Positions 21,152-31,765 of a stretch of 44,689 bases of DNA are shown piece by piece; position 1 is the first letter of the stretch; every line of letters begins with the position of its first letter. A program made the translations under genes and the position numbers. This DNA is from Stramenopiles sp. TOSAG23-2 (taxonomy: Eukaryota): positions 1 to 44,689 of the forward strand of contig LT649292.1 of NCBI GenBank assembly GCA_900128395.1, given 5' to 3'. Under the pieces are notes generated by a model. It saw only the letters and a list, made by a program, of their open reading frames with translations. It was not told the DNA's origin and did no database searches.

Positions 21152-22090
21152 TTTGTTGGTGTAGTTGATAATGAGGATGGAACAACGACGCAGTATACTG
21201 CACCACGAGAGGGTGACTTAGACCATCTTGATAGTGCACAGTCCAAATTATTTGAATTGGCTGGTCTTGTCCCACCGTCTGCGTTGTCTACTTCATCCGA
21301 GGAAAAGCCATTAAAAGTCTCTCGTTCCAGTCGTCAAGAACAATATAATAAAATATCATGTAAATCAAATTTAGAAAAAAAAAATGAAACTATAGATGAA
21401 TTTTTATCAAAAAATACTAGTCAAGATAATTATGAATATCATAAATTACAAGAACAATCAAAAAAAGAACATCGTGAAAAACATCCATGGGTATATGATA
21501 ATGATAAAGATAAGAAGGCATTATTAATTGATGATAAGAAGCAACAAGAAAGATTGATGTTAAAAAATAATGTTGATCATGATAAACAAAAAATAATGAT
21601 GTTAGATGATAAGAAGAATGAGACAAAACGTCTTGCAATTGTTAGTAGTAGTAGTATGAAAAAAATGAAAAATAATAATACCATTAATAATAAAGGTAGC
21701 ATACGATATAATGCTACGCAATATGATCAAATTGGTGTTAGGAAAAATCCTACAAAGAGTGTTAAAAAGCAAAGAAATACACAAGATTATCAAAATAGTC
21801 ATTATGGTGGCGGAGATGATCATTATAGTTTAGTTTTATCCTCAACTTATGGTGATGAGGATAATATGAGTATGATGTCTGGTCGATCAAATAGTGTAGC
21901 AGGGACGAGATCAAGAATGCACAATGGTGGGGGTGGTTTGCCAAGATGGGGTAGTGGTACATCTTCAATACAATCTTCCAGTCGATCCAATAGAATCAAT
22001 CGTATGAGTAATAGCGCAAGAGCTTTAGCATTGAAATTATTAGAAAAGGATAGACAAGGAGGGAAAAACAAGTCGTCTGCGTTTTCGTAA
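20837..22090 (+). CDS. ESS2: ESS2/DGCR14 (Es2) family splicing factor
   Basis: ILREHEFVEGLSNVIEKQFFPDLKRLKAQ and IDEFLSKNTSQDN..KHPWVY match Es2-family blocks; C-terminal MSNSARALA. Confidence 0.78.
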
Positions 22091-22399
22091 AAAAATTATA
22101 TGCATACGACGCGTATCATATCATATACGGGTAATGCATACTGGCCATATATCATATATGATACATTTGACCCATTGGGTACGAAGTTATACATGATGAT
22201 ATATGATATCATACTTATACTATTTTAATAAAAATATATTATATATATATATACATATTTAAATAACCTAGATTAATTTAATATTTTATAATATAATAAA
22301 AATATTTTTTTTTATTTTTTTTTATATTTAAATATTATGTACATGTACGTATTTTATAAAAAATATAAATTTATAATTTATATAATACGATTTTATACG

Positions 22400-22687
22400 T
22401 CAATCATCATGCATATTTAATCCTACACGTCTAGCAGAGCGGCGAACTAACTCTTTTCCATCAAGCAAACGCTCTGCACCACTATCCAATATGATTAATC
22501 GATTTTTTTCTCTCGTAGCAGCTAACATTTCTGCATAGTCGGCTGCCATATTTTTCATTTTATTTAATTCTTTTTCATCTTGTATATTACTAGATTCACG
22601 AAAGCGCTGGATTACATTAGCGCCACGTGTAGTTTTAGATCCAACACTTCTTAATATTGAACGAAGGGATGCACGTACAGCTGCCAT
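22400..22687 (-). CDS. FMC1: FMC1-like mitochondrial ATP synthase assembly factor (LYR-related)
   Basis: 95 aa; LRSILR N-terminus, QRFRE, AADYAEML and the C-terminal SARRVGL signature. Confidence 0.72.
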   Translation of the reverse strand: MAAVRASLRSILRSVGSKTTRGANVIQRFRESSNIQDEKELNKMKNMAADYAEMLAATREKNRLIILDSGAERLLDGKELVRRSARRVGLNMHDD

Positions 22688-23049
22688 TGTATCTATAAAA
22701 CTAGTGAAAATTACGATGTATAATACAAAAGAAGAAGATACTGTCTGTTTATATGTTCTTTGGCTAAATAAATGGATGGACCTTTTGCACTTTGCTTTTC
22801 TTCTTCTTCTTCTTCTTTTTTTTTGTTTTCTATGGGTGCATGGATTGATTTTTGGATTTTTTTTGAGCCAAAAAAAAAATCAGTATAGCTATAGATAGGT
22901 TGATGGATTTAGAAATAAGTATGAATTATAATAGTCTAATGTATTACTATAATTTATTTTTTTATAGCTGAAGAAAAACCACCTTAAAAAATATTTTTAA
23001 AAACTCCCTACCATGCTATAATGTAAATGTAAATGGGACCATGGGATAG

Positions 23050-23440
23050 TAAGCCTTGTAAATAAGACGGATGAAACTCTCCTCAAAACTCAAAACAGGC
23101 GTGGTCAAATTAGTACAGATTTAGTATACTATAAATATATATTTATATAGTATAATATAAAAAATCGGATATTCTAGATATTTTCATCCAATTAACATTG
23201 GTCATTTTTGGATTTTATGGATTTATTATCTTCCAAGATCTACCTATCAAATATTTATAGTATACTAAATCTGTACTAATTTGACCACGCCTGTTTTGAG
23301 GAGAGTTTCATCCGTCTTATTTAGAATATCCGATTTTTTATATTATCCTATCAAATATATATTTATAGTATACTAAATCTGTACTAATTAGACCACGCCT
23401 GTTTTGAGGAGAGTTTCATCCGTCTTATTTACAAGGATTA
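23050..23440. mobile_element. Foldback/MITE-like element with ~85-bp inverted arms (one left arm, two right-arm copies)
   Basis: ccttgtaaataagacggatgaaactctcctcaaaac..aggcgtggtcaaattagtacagatttagtatactataaatat (23054-~23140) is reverse-complemented at ~23252-23322 and ~23355-23436; inner inverted pair taaaaaatcggatattcta / tagaatatccgatttttta. Confidence 0.75.
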
Positions 23441-23723
23441 ACAGGATGATTGAACTTCTTTCGTCTAACGCGGTTAATCATCTTCTTCCTTAATAATAAA
23501 AAAAAAAAAATCTTTATTCTAACTACATCATATACAAATTACAATTATACCAAGCATACACATTCTACTATTAGTATTATTTATATTGAATTTCGGAAAA
23601 TGAAAAAAATAAGAAAAAACGTTTTGATGTGTGTATGTGTGTGTGTGGATTATAATATATGAAAATTACTGATAAGCAATTATATAGTTTGAAGAAACAG
23701 GAAAAATAAAAAAAGCAATTAAA

Positions 23724-25817
23724 ATGAAGGTACTTCATATATTTATAATATGTGTGTGTGTAACGTCATGTATATCAATGAGGCTAGTTGAAAATAACTC
23801 ATGTAGTAGCAACGGAAATGGAAACATATGCTCACCAAATACGGTAACATCCTCCTCAACAACAACATCAAATTCTGCTGGAGCAAAAACAGGTACAGAT
23901 GCGACGCCAAAAGTATCGCAAAACATGGGTTTGAGAAACAAATTGAAAACCTCGCCGACAAATGGTAAATCCTCGAATTTAACCCCACATATTCTTGTTG
24001 TATTATTCGATGATCTTGGATACCACGACCTGGGTGAGTTTTCAGATACGAAACGTCACCTATGTAGCACGCCAGTTATGAACAACTTAATGAATACTGG
24101 TATAAAATTGAAAAAATTTTATTCCATGCCTATCTGTTCTCCTACTCGTGCAGCATTAATGACCGGCCGATACCCTATACGTTATGGCGGCCATGTTGGT
24201 ACAACACCAGGTTTAGCTGCAGATCAAGGATGGGCACCAATTGGAGAACCTATCATGGCAGAAAGGTTTCAAGATATAGGATATTCTACGTACATGGCTG
24301 GTAAATGGCATTTAGGACGTGCAGGCCATCCGCAAACTCCAACTGGTCGTGGTTTTCAAGAATTTTATGGAAAGTATGAAGGTGGTGGAGATCATTGGAC
24401 GCATACAGTGGATATTCGAGCAGATTCCAGAGATGGATCAGTATGGCCAGGGCACCCAGATTATACAGCTGCAAGTGGAGCAATGGATTTAAAACACGAT
24501 CGTTGGATATTAAATAAAAACACTGGAAAAAAATCACATGTGCATGAACATATTTTCCATATGAATGGAACACATTCATCAGATGTATTTGGTATGGCTG
24601 CAGAAAAGATGATATTATCCCATGACGCAGATAAACCAATGTTTATGTATTTACCATTTCAAGCACCACATTGGCCGGTACAAAATCCAGCAGGTACGGA
24701 AGAGATTCATGAACATATTCCAGGAAAGCAACGTCGAAAATGGTGTGGCCTAATCTCACACATAGATCAAAACGTTGGCCGTGTAATAAGTGCATTGAAA
24801 GCTAAGAAAATGTATGAAAACACATTTATTTTTGTTTTTAGTGATAATGGTGGTGATGTAAGGACTGGTGCATCGAATCATCCGTATCGTGGAGATAAAA
24901 TGAGTCCATGGGAAGGTGGCACAAAATCTCCAGCGTTTATTCATTCAGCAAATCGAAACTTAATTCCTGAAAATTTACGAGGAACGGAAAGTCAAGCTCT
25001 TGGGCATGTAACTGATTTATTTCCAACCTTACTTGGAATGGTTGGTGGTGATACTAGTCCAACAAAAACTGGACCGTTGGATGGATATGATTTATATTCA
25101 GCTTGGAAATCCGGTTCCAATGATAGCCCACGAAAGGAAATGTTGTACAATATTGATCCTTTCGGATTAGCTACTGCAGCAAGTGGTTTCATGGCTGGTA
25201 ATGTTAATAGTTTAGGGAAGAGAACACAAGCACCAGATCCACGAATGATGACGAGAATGGGTATGAATGGTAACATACCAGAAGATTATGCAGCTATCCG
25301 TGTTGGAAAGTACAAATTAATAACTGGTCAACCTGGGCGATCTGATTGGTATGGTACAGATCCATCGGAGACATGGAAAGCAGCTTACATAATGGGCCCC
25401 GATGCAACAAATTATGAATTACTTGAAAGTGGCGGACCTTATGGAGATATGAAATTGAGTGATGCTGGACAGGCAAAAGTGAAAAGGGAAAAATTGTACA
25501 AGAAAGAAGATTTTGAGCGCACAGTGAAACAATTATTTTTATTTGATTTAGATGTAGATCCAGCTGAACACAACGATATATCTGCACACCATCCCGATAT
25601 TGTTGAAAAATTAAAAGCAAGGCTTGAGACATATGCAGCTACTATGGCTGAACCATTATTGCGAGTACCGGACACTGTGTGGACAAAAGAAAAGAAAGCA
25701 CATATGAAAGCAAGAAGAAGAACTGGGCAAAGACGCTTTCCTGGTGTTCCAGTAGTAGTAGCTGATTGGTGGGATACGGAGGAAGAAATGGCAAAAAATA
25801 TGCAAAGTAAATTGTAA
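23724..25817 (+). CDS. Formylglycine-dependent arylsulfatase (ARSB/I/J-like)
   Basis: Signal peptide; PHILVVLFDDLG, CSPTRAALMTGRYP, GKWHLG, YLPFQAPHWP, SDNGG, RGDKMSPWEGG, HVTDLFPTL. Confidence 0.95.
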   Translation: MKVLHIFIICVCVTSCISMRLVENNSCSSNGNGNICSPNTVTSSSTTTSNSAGAKTGTDATPKVSQNMGLRNKLKTSPTNGKSSNLTPHILVVLFDDLGYHDLGEFSDTKRHLCSTPVMNNLMNTGIKLKKFYSMPICSPTRAALMTGRYPIRYGGHVGTTPGLAADQGWAPIGEPIMAERFQDIGYSTYMAGKWHLGRAGHPQTPTGRGFQEFYGKYEGGGDHWTHTVDIRADSRDGSVWPGHPDYTAASGAMDLKHDRWILNKNTGKKSHVHEHIFHMNGTHSSDVFGMAAEKMILSHDADKPMFMYLPFQAPHWPVQNPAGTEEIHEHIPGKQRRKWCGLISHIDQNVGRVISALKAKKMYENTFIFVFSDNGGDVRTGASNHPYRGDKMSPWEGGTKSPAFIHSANRNLIPENLRGTESQALGHVTDLFPTLLGMVGGDTSPTKTGPLDGYDLYSAWKSGSNDSPRKEMLYNIDPFGLATAASGFMAGNVNSLGKRTQAPDPRMMTRMGMNGNIPEDYAAIRVGKYKLITGQPGRSDWYGTDPSETWKAAYIMGPDATNYELLESGGPYGDMKLSDAGQAKVKREKLYKKEDFERTVKQLFLFDLDVDPAEHNDISAHHPDIVEKLKARLETYAATMAEPLLRVPDTVWTKEKKAHMKARRRTGQRRFPGVPVVVADWWDTEEEMAKNMQSKL

Positions 25818-26340
25818 TATATTATGATGGTTAGAATCTAAGTTATAATAATTGTAATATATAATGCATGGCCCGGCATAGGCAGGGGGGCTGTGTCTTT
25901 TCCTAAAATTTTAAAAAAAAAAAATTATTTTTTATATTTTTTTTTATAATTAATATTAATTCGTACGAGTCGTATATATTTTATTTGGATGCTGTGTTAA
26001 ATAGTGTTAATGCTGAAAACAGTATACTATTTGTGAGTAGATTAAAAATAAGTTAATTGAAGAAGATAGACTCCGGACGACTAATCCTTTTATAATTATC
26101 AGAGTGTATTAAATATTTAGACTTGAAGCTCTAATTTAAATTGCATATATATCCGCACTATGAGTTATATATAGATATATACTTCGTATAGATTAAAATA
26201 TTTTATTTGTACTGTTTTCTCTAATATATGTGTCTCTCGGATTTTACACGAACACGCAATTCACACACCTGTATTTCAATTTTCTGGTTTTCTTTTTTGT
26301 TGTTGTGTATCATATGATTTTCCTCTCGTAAACTTTTTCT

Positions 26341-27342
26341 TTAAATGCCACTATTTCTTGAACCTGTTGCTTTGCCATATCTAGCGCCACGTTTTCCACT
26401 ACTACTATTACCAGCGCCAAAATCACCACCGCCTGAACCACCACCGGAGCCACTTAATAAGCTCCCAACTCCATTCTCTTGCACTTGTTTAATCTTTTCC
26501 ATGGTAAATGAGAATCCATCTTGTACTAAATTTGGAAAATCCATCCAAAAATTATAATTTGGTATTAATTCAATTCCCCACGGTTTATTCATGTAAAACT
26601 TTTGTATTGCAACTCCTAATATACAATACAAGGTAAAAATGGTCAAAAGGAAAGTTAACAATTTCATTATATGCGATTTACCTGTAGATGGGCATACTTC
26701 AGCAGATTGAAATACATATTGTGTATTGCATGTTGCCTCTTTTTTTACTTCAGTAAAAAATTTACTTGGATCTTTAGCTGTTAAATCACATTCCAATTTC
26801 AACGTAACACTACGTGATGTTGCTTTTGCTGGATCACACATATCCCCATTTAAATATGTTAGCTCCAAATTTTTTCCCCATGGATTTTTATCTGACTTTC
26901 CAGCATCCGTAACTTTCCACTTTGCACCAGCCAATCGACCTAACACACGGCACGTTTCGCCTGCTGGTATTTTTAATGCCTCTGTTGCTGGGGCTGGCTC
27001 ATTTTGACAATTAACTAATGTATTAGCACATAAGTTCATACGATATATAAATTGTATATTAGGACCAACTTGAATAATTTTTGTATAATCTTCTCCTCCT
27101 GATTTGCGCAGGTGTGAAAAATCATAATGCAATCCTTGTGGAGTTTGGAAGCTACACTGCCCAGTACTCATTGGCTTGCTGTCACCACCTGCATCGCCAC
27201 TACCCGCACCGCCACCAATACCCCCGGATGGATTGGTTGGGTCATTTTTAGGAGAAGCTGGTACAATACCTTGTGCATTCATAAACCAACATTGTGTTGC
27301 TACAACGATAATACCAATAAATAATATTTTATTTAACATCAT
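26341..27342 (-). CDS. Mannose-6-phosphate receptor / ATG27-like type I membrane protein (MRH domain)
   Basis: Signal peptide; YDFSHL, YRMNLC, LTYLNGDMC, RSVTLKLEC, CNTQYVFQSAEVC; TM helix followed by GIELIPNYNFWMDFPNLVQDG. Confidence 0.88.
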   Translation of the reverse strand: MMLNKILFIGIIVVATQCWFMNAQGIVPASPKNDPTNPSGGIGGGAGSGDAGGDSKPMSTGQCSFQTPQGLHYDFSHLRKSGGEDYTKIIQVGPNIQFIYRMNLCANTLVNCQNEPAPATEALKIPAGETCRVLGRLAGAKWKVTDAGKSDKNPWGKNLELTYLNGDMCDPAKATSRSVTLKLECDLTAKDPSKFFTEVKKEATCNTQYVFQSAEVCPSTGKSHIMKLLTFLLTIFTLYCILGVAIQKFYMNKPWGIELIPNYNFWMDFPNLVQDGFSFTMEKIKQVQENGVGSLLSGSGGGSGGGDFGAGNSSSGKRGARYGKATGSRNSGI

Positions 27343-27711
27343 TCTTTTTTTTTTTTATTTATATATATATATATTAATTGATATGAAACTTTATCTATCT
27401 ATTTATATAATAAACTAATATCGAATGATTGATTCACTATTTTTTTTCTATTTGTTGTTACTTCGTATTTATGATATGTTCCCCTGATTCATTCTATTCT
27501 CTATGTATTTATGGTATATCCGGATATCTATTATTTATCAACTGTAAATAAAATAATAATAATAATACAAGTTGTAAAGAAGAAGGTGTGGTTGTTGCTC
27601 CCTGGCTGAGGCTGTTGTACAGTCCTGTATGCCTGGTAGACCTTTGCCATGCCGGAGGCTTGGTTTTCTACTTTTCTTGGGAGGAATGTGTCGTTGTATT
27701 ATATTTCAATT

Positions 27712-27840
27712 ATACGAGTTACTAGGAGCACACCATCGTCAAACACTGTATATAGTTACTAGGAGCACACCATTGTATTAGTCGTCTGTGTCGTCAAACA
27801 CAGCTGACACATACGAGTTACTAGTATAGCACACCATCGT
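27712..27840. repeat. Three copies of a ~20-25 bp motif with unequal spacers
   Basis: agttactaggagcacaccat at 27717 and 27754, variant agttactagtatagcacaccat at 27816; tcgtcaaacac occurs twice. Confidence 0.85.
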
Positions 27841-28150
27841 TTAAAACTATCATCTAGGCAATATAACACTTTATTATACTTCTACAATACAATTCCCGTG
27901 ATCGAGTGAAGGATTAGCTCTCAAAGAAGAAATTAAAAAAAAGAAGGGGATGTAAAATGCATTTATATACCAATATATACATCAAACAAAAAAATGTAGA
28001 ATATCGTAATCGTTAATTTCATTTCTAAAAATATAACAATTATCATCTTATTTACACTGTCGTTTGTTTTTCTTTAATACGGTAGAAAGAATATATATAT
28101 ATATATACATATACATATTTCAAAAGATTGAAAGAGGAAATTAGGAAAGA

Positions 28151-29071
28151 ATGAAGATTACTTGTTCTATCGTTGCCACGCTCCTGATTGCAGCAACAGT
28201 AGCAAACGGCGCACCGATCACTACGTTAGATACTGCATATATAGGATTACAGAAAGATATTAAATTACCAAACGGTCTCGAAGTAAGAGGACTTTTAAGT
28301 GTAGACGGCCCAAGTACTATTACGAAGGGTGGAGAAGCAAAAGTTGTTAAAGCCATTGCAATGGAAACAAAGAAAATCAAAGCACAAAGAACGACTTCTC
28401 TAGATACGCAAGCAAGACGTATTCGCTCACCAAATGGTAAATTGGATGTAAAAGGTACCATTCAAGTTGCTGGTGCAATACGTTACGCAGAACCAAAAAC
28501 AACAGATTTCCCTGCTTCCCCTTTTGCATTTATTGAGGAAGCAGAAAATGCTGGACCAAGTAATAAATATTGGAAACGCGTAGTGAAGGAAGATTTTAGT
28601 GGTGAGAATGGATTAGATGGATGGAAAGCATTGTTGTTACGTGGTAGTGATATTGGATCCTCCACAGAAGAAGCAACTGTTGGAAAATCAAAATGTGTAG
28701 GCAACCACTTTCTAGGTGGACACTGTAAAGCAAGTTCACACTCGTTGTTTAAAACATTTAATAATTTACCACCACACACAGAAGTCAGAGTCAAAGCTAG
28801 ATTCCATTTCATCGATCAATGGAATGGTGAAAATGCATATTTGAAAGTAGATGGTGGTTATGCATGGTTAGCTTCGCACAAAACAACTGCGAATAAAGGT
28901 GTTGACATGTGTGGTAATAGTGATGTTAAAGAAAGCAAATTTGGTGTACCAATTGATATTATGGAAACCCATTCAAATGCAAAATTGGAATTAAAATTTG
29001 GTTCAGAATTAAAAGCTGATCCATGTTTAGGTTCATTTGGTGTGGATGATATTGAAATCTTTGTACGTTAA
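28151..29071 (+). CDS. Secreted protein of unknown function with a Cys-containing C-terminal beta domain
   Basis: Clear signal peptide; FLGGHC..LPPHTEVRVKARFHFIDQWNGE..CG..SFGVDDIEIFVR resembles an uncharacterised domain I recall from protist surface proteins. Confidence 0.75.
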   Translation: MKITCSIVATLLIAATVANGAPITTLDTAYIGLQKDIKLPNGLEVRGLLSVDGPSTITKGGEAKVVKAIAMETKKIKAQRTTSLDTQARRIRSPNGKLDVKGTIQVAGAIRYAEPKTTDFPASPFAFIEEAENAGPSNKYWKRVVKEDFSGENGLDGWKALLLRGSDIGSSTEEATVGKSKCVGNHFLGGHCKASSHSLFKTFNNLPPHTEVRVKARFHFIDQWNGENAYLKVDGGYAWLASHKTTANKGVDMCGNSDVKESKFGVPIDIMETHSNAKLELKFGSELKADPCLGSFGVDDIEIFVR

Positions 29072-29270
29072 AAAAAATTGTTTTTTTTATAATTTTTTAA
29101 AATTTGATGCATATTTATTTGATGTATGATTAATACAAATGTATGCACATATATATATGATATCATATTGATATCATACAAAAACTCATGGTGTGCCAAA
29201 AACGATCATATAATATCTCCACCATAGTCCGCTTCTTTTTAAAAAAAAAATAACATCTCTCTCCACACAC

Positions 29271-31170
29271 TCAGTAATAGCTAATTCCACTATTCGTGCT
29301 ATTGCCACTTGAACTGTTACTTGAATTACTTCTAATGCTGCTAGAACTGCTAATAGTAGAACGGCTTTCATCGTCTTTATACAACATGGGCTGTTCATTA
29401 TCATGTTGTTGTTGTTCTTGCTGCTGCTGTTGCCCTTTCTTCTTCTCAACACGATTTGCATCTGTATTACCATACATTATCCAATTTTTTATTATGTCAT
29501 TGTTTGATTTTCTACTTTCAAAAATATAATCAAGCGTTTTCACAGTTCGTTTATTAGGATATACGCAGGTGAAATTTGTTGTGGATGCCCTATCAAATTC
29601 CTCTTTAGTTTCCAATAAAATGTCTCTTCGTGGTTGATTTGTTTGTGATTTTGCTCCTGTTGGCACTCCAACAATATGCAATGCATCGGTCAACATTCCA
29701 TATTTTAATCGTTTATCAAATGGAGAGGCACTCATCATGGATGGATAAATATTTACCTCGATTAAATACACTTTCAAATTTTCATCAAACATTAAATCGA
29801 ATCCAAACAATTCAAAACAACATTCATCGCGCCCACGCATCCCAACGCATTTTGGATAACATTCACTCTCAGCTGCAATTAACGTTTTCGCAGCAACATC
29901 TTGCATATCACGTAATAATTTCTTTGTATCCCTACCCTCCACCTTCAATTTATTTAAAAATGAGCTAAACGATTGTTTCGAACCGGTATCATCTTCATCT
30001 GCACTTCTATTTTCAACAAAATCATCACTATTTTTATTGATAGAATAATTTGTTAAATGTTTGTACGAATCTTTCAATTCATTTGCATTTAAATTGTACT
30101 CATGCGTACATAAACGAACCATGCCTTCATTATACATATATACTCTTAATGGATTAAAGCTTGTAACCATTACATAAAATCTACAATCAAATTTACGATT
30201 GTCAATTAAACATGGGTTGCCGATGTAACGTTGTACCTGAATTTTGTATATATATTTATACATTCATGAAAAATGTTAGATTTTTTTCCTAACAAATATA
30301 AAGTTGTTTTTATACAAACTGTCGAATATATATATATATACAGATAGTACGAATATAAATCTAAATCCTACTTACATTCCAAACCTTATTCTTTGTTTCG
30401 CCAGTGCTTTTTAATTTACGTTTCAATGGTAAATTTTTCACATCTTTTGTTCTCATGACTTTGATGCCACGGCCACAACTTCCGCCTTGTGGTTTACAGA
30501 TCCATACATCATCTAAATCTACCTCGCCTTTTTTCAATTTCTTCTTCTTTCCTCCACGACTTTTCATATTTTTTTGACGTTCCACATCTGCATAAAAACG
30601 CTCAATATCCATAGGATTTCCACGTATAATATGTGTTTCAGGAAGAAAGCTAAATGCATCATCACGCAAGCGACGTTGAAAACGACGAAATAAAGTTGCA
30701 CAACGATCTTTGGCTCCAATACAGCCAGTTCCAGGGAATGAATTGACTCGCTTATGCATCGGTAAATGTCTATATGCATCATTCGGTAAATGTTTTCCCC
30801 ATAATACATCCCATGAATTATCTTCTTTATCAAGACAACGTGCAAAACCAGCTTCTCGAAAAACAGCTTTGACAGAATTTCGCATCCAATACGTTTTATA
30901 TTTTAAATCAAGCAAACGGCGAGGTCCATGTGATTGTTCAGTTGATCGCTTGGCTACTTTAGCAGCATCAGGATAATCGAAAAAAATTGTTTCATTACCA
31001 GTACGATATCTTGATGATAATAAAATAGGCTCTTTTCGTTTTGGTGATAGAGGCCAGTTTTTACGCCCAGAACTTTTAGATGATGCAGAAGAAGTGTTTG
31101 AACTGGTAGAGGATGGCCGTTTTTTTTTCAAAGATTTTTTTTTTTTTTTTGGTTTTGTTGTTAATTTCAT
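29271..31170 (-). CDS. TTLL: Tubulin-tyrosine-ligase-like polyglutamylase (TTLL4/5-like); exons 31170-30376 and 30236-29271, intron 30237-30375
   Basis: RVNSFPG, FLPETH, WICKPQGGSCGRGI; donor GTAAGT and acceptor TTCAG give VWN-VQRYI; RKFDCRFYVMVTSFNPL, EGMVRLCT, HLTNYSINK, FELFGFDLMFD, LIEVNIYPS. Confidence 0.93.
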
Positions 31171-31765
31171 AATTTTTTTTAAAAAAAATAATATTTATCT
31201 TAACTTAAAATATATATTATGACTGACTATATCCTATCAATGATATTTTTAATCGGTTTAATTATTTAAACTTACAATAATAAAAAGGAAATGATTGGTC
31301 GACTGATCATATTTCTGTCTACCTCATATTATTTTTCTTTTTCAAAAAAACATTTTAATATTAATTGAAATACATCAATACATAATAATAACGGTGAATA
31401 TTAGTAGCGACATTTTTTTTTTAACATCGTGCCATCATCATCTATTATTTATGAGATGCTATTGCTAGTTATGTAATAATCTGATAGGATGATTATAGTC
31501 AATTGCTACTTACTATAGTACTTTAGCCAGATAGCGTCTCCAGACTGCGACTCCTGACGACTGCTGACCGTATTCATCATATTCCACCATACTGTAATCC
31601 TGGTAGCTCTTATCAAAAAATCACACATTTTTTTAACATTTGTTGTTGTTTTTGTTTTTTTTTTGTGTTGTTGTTGTTGTTGTGTTGTGCTGTTCGGTAC
31701 ATACATATTTATCAAATATAATAAAAAATCTATGGTAAGAGTGAGATAGAGAAATAATATTATTT

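Noticed and set aside
27712-27840. CRISPR-like array
   Set aside because: Only three imperfect repeats, unequal and partly repetitive spacers, eukaryotic context, no cas genes
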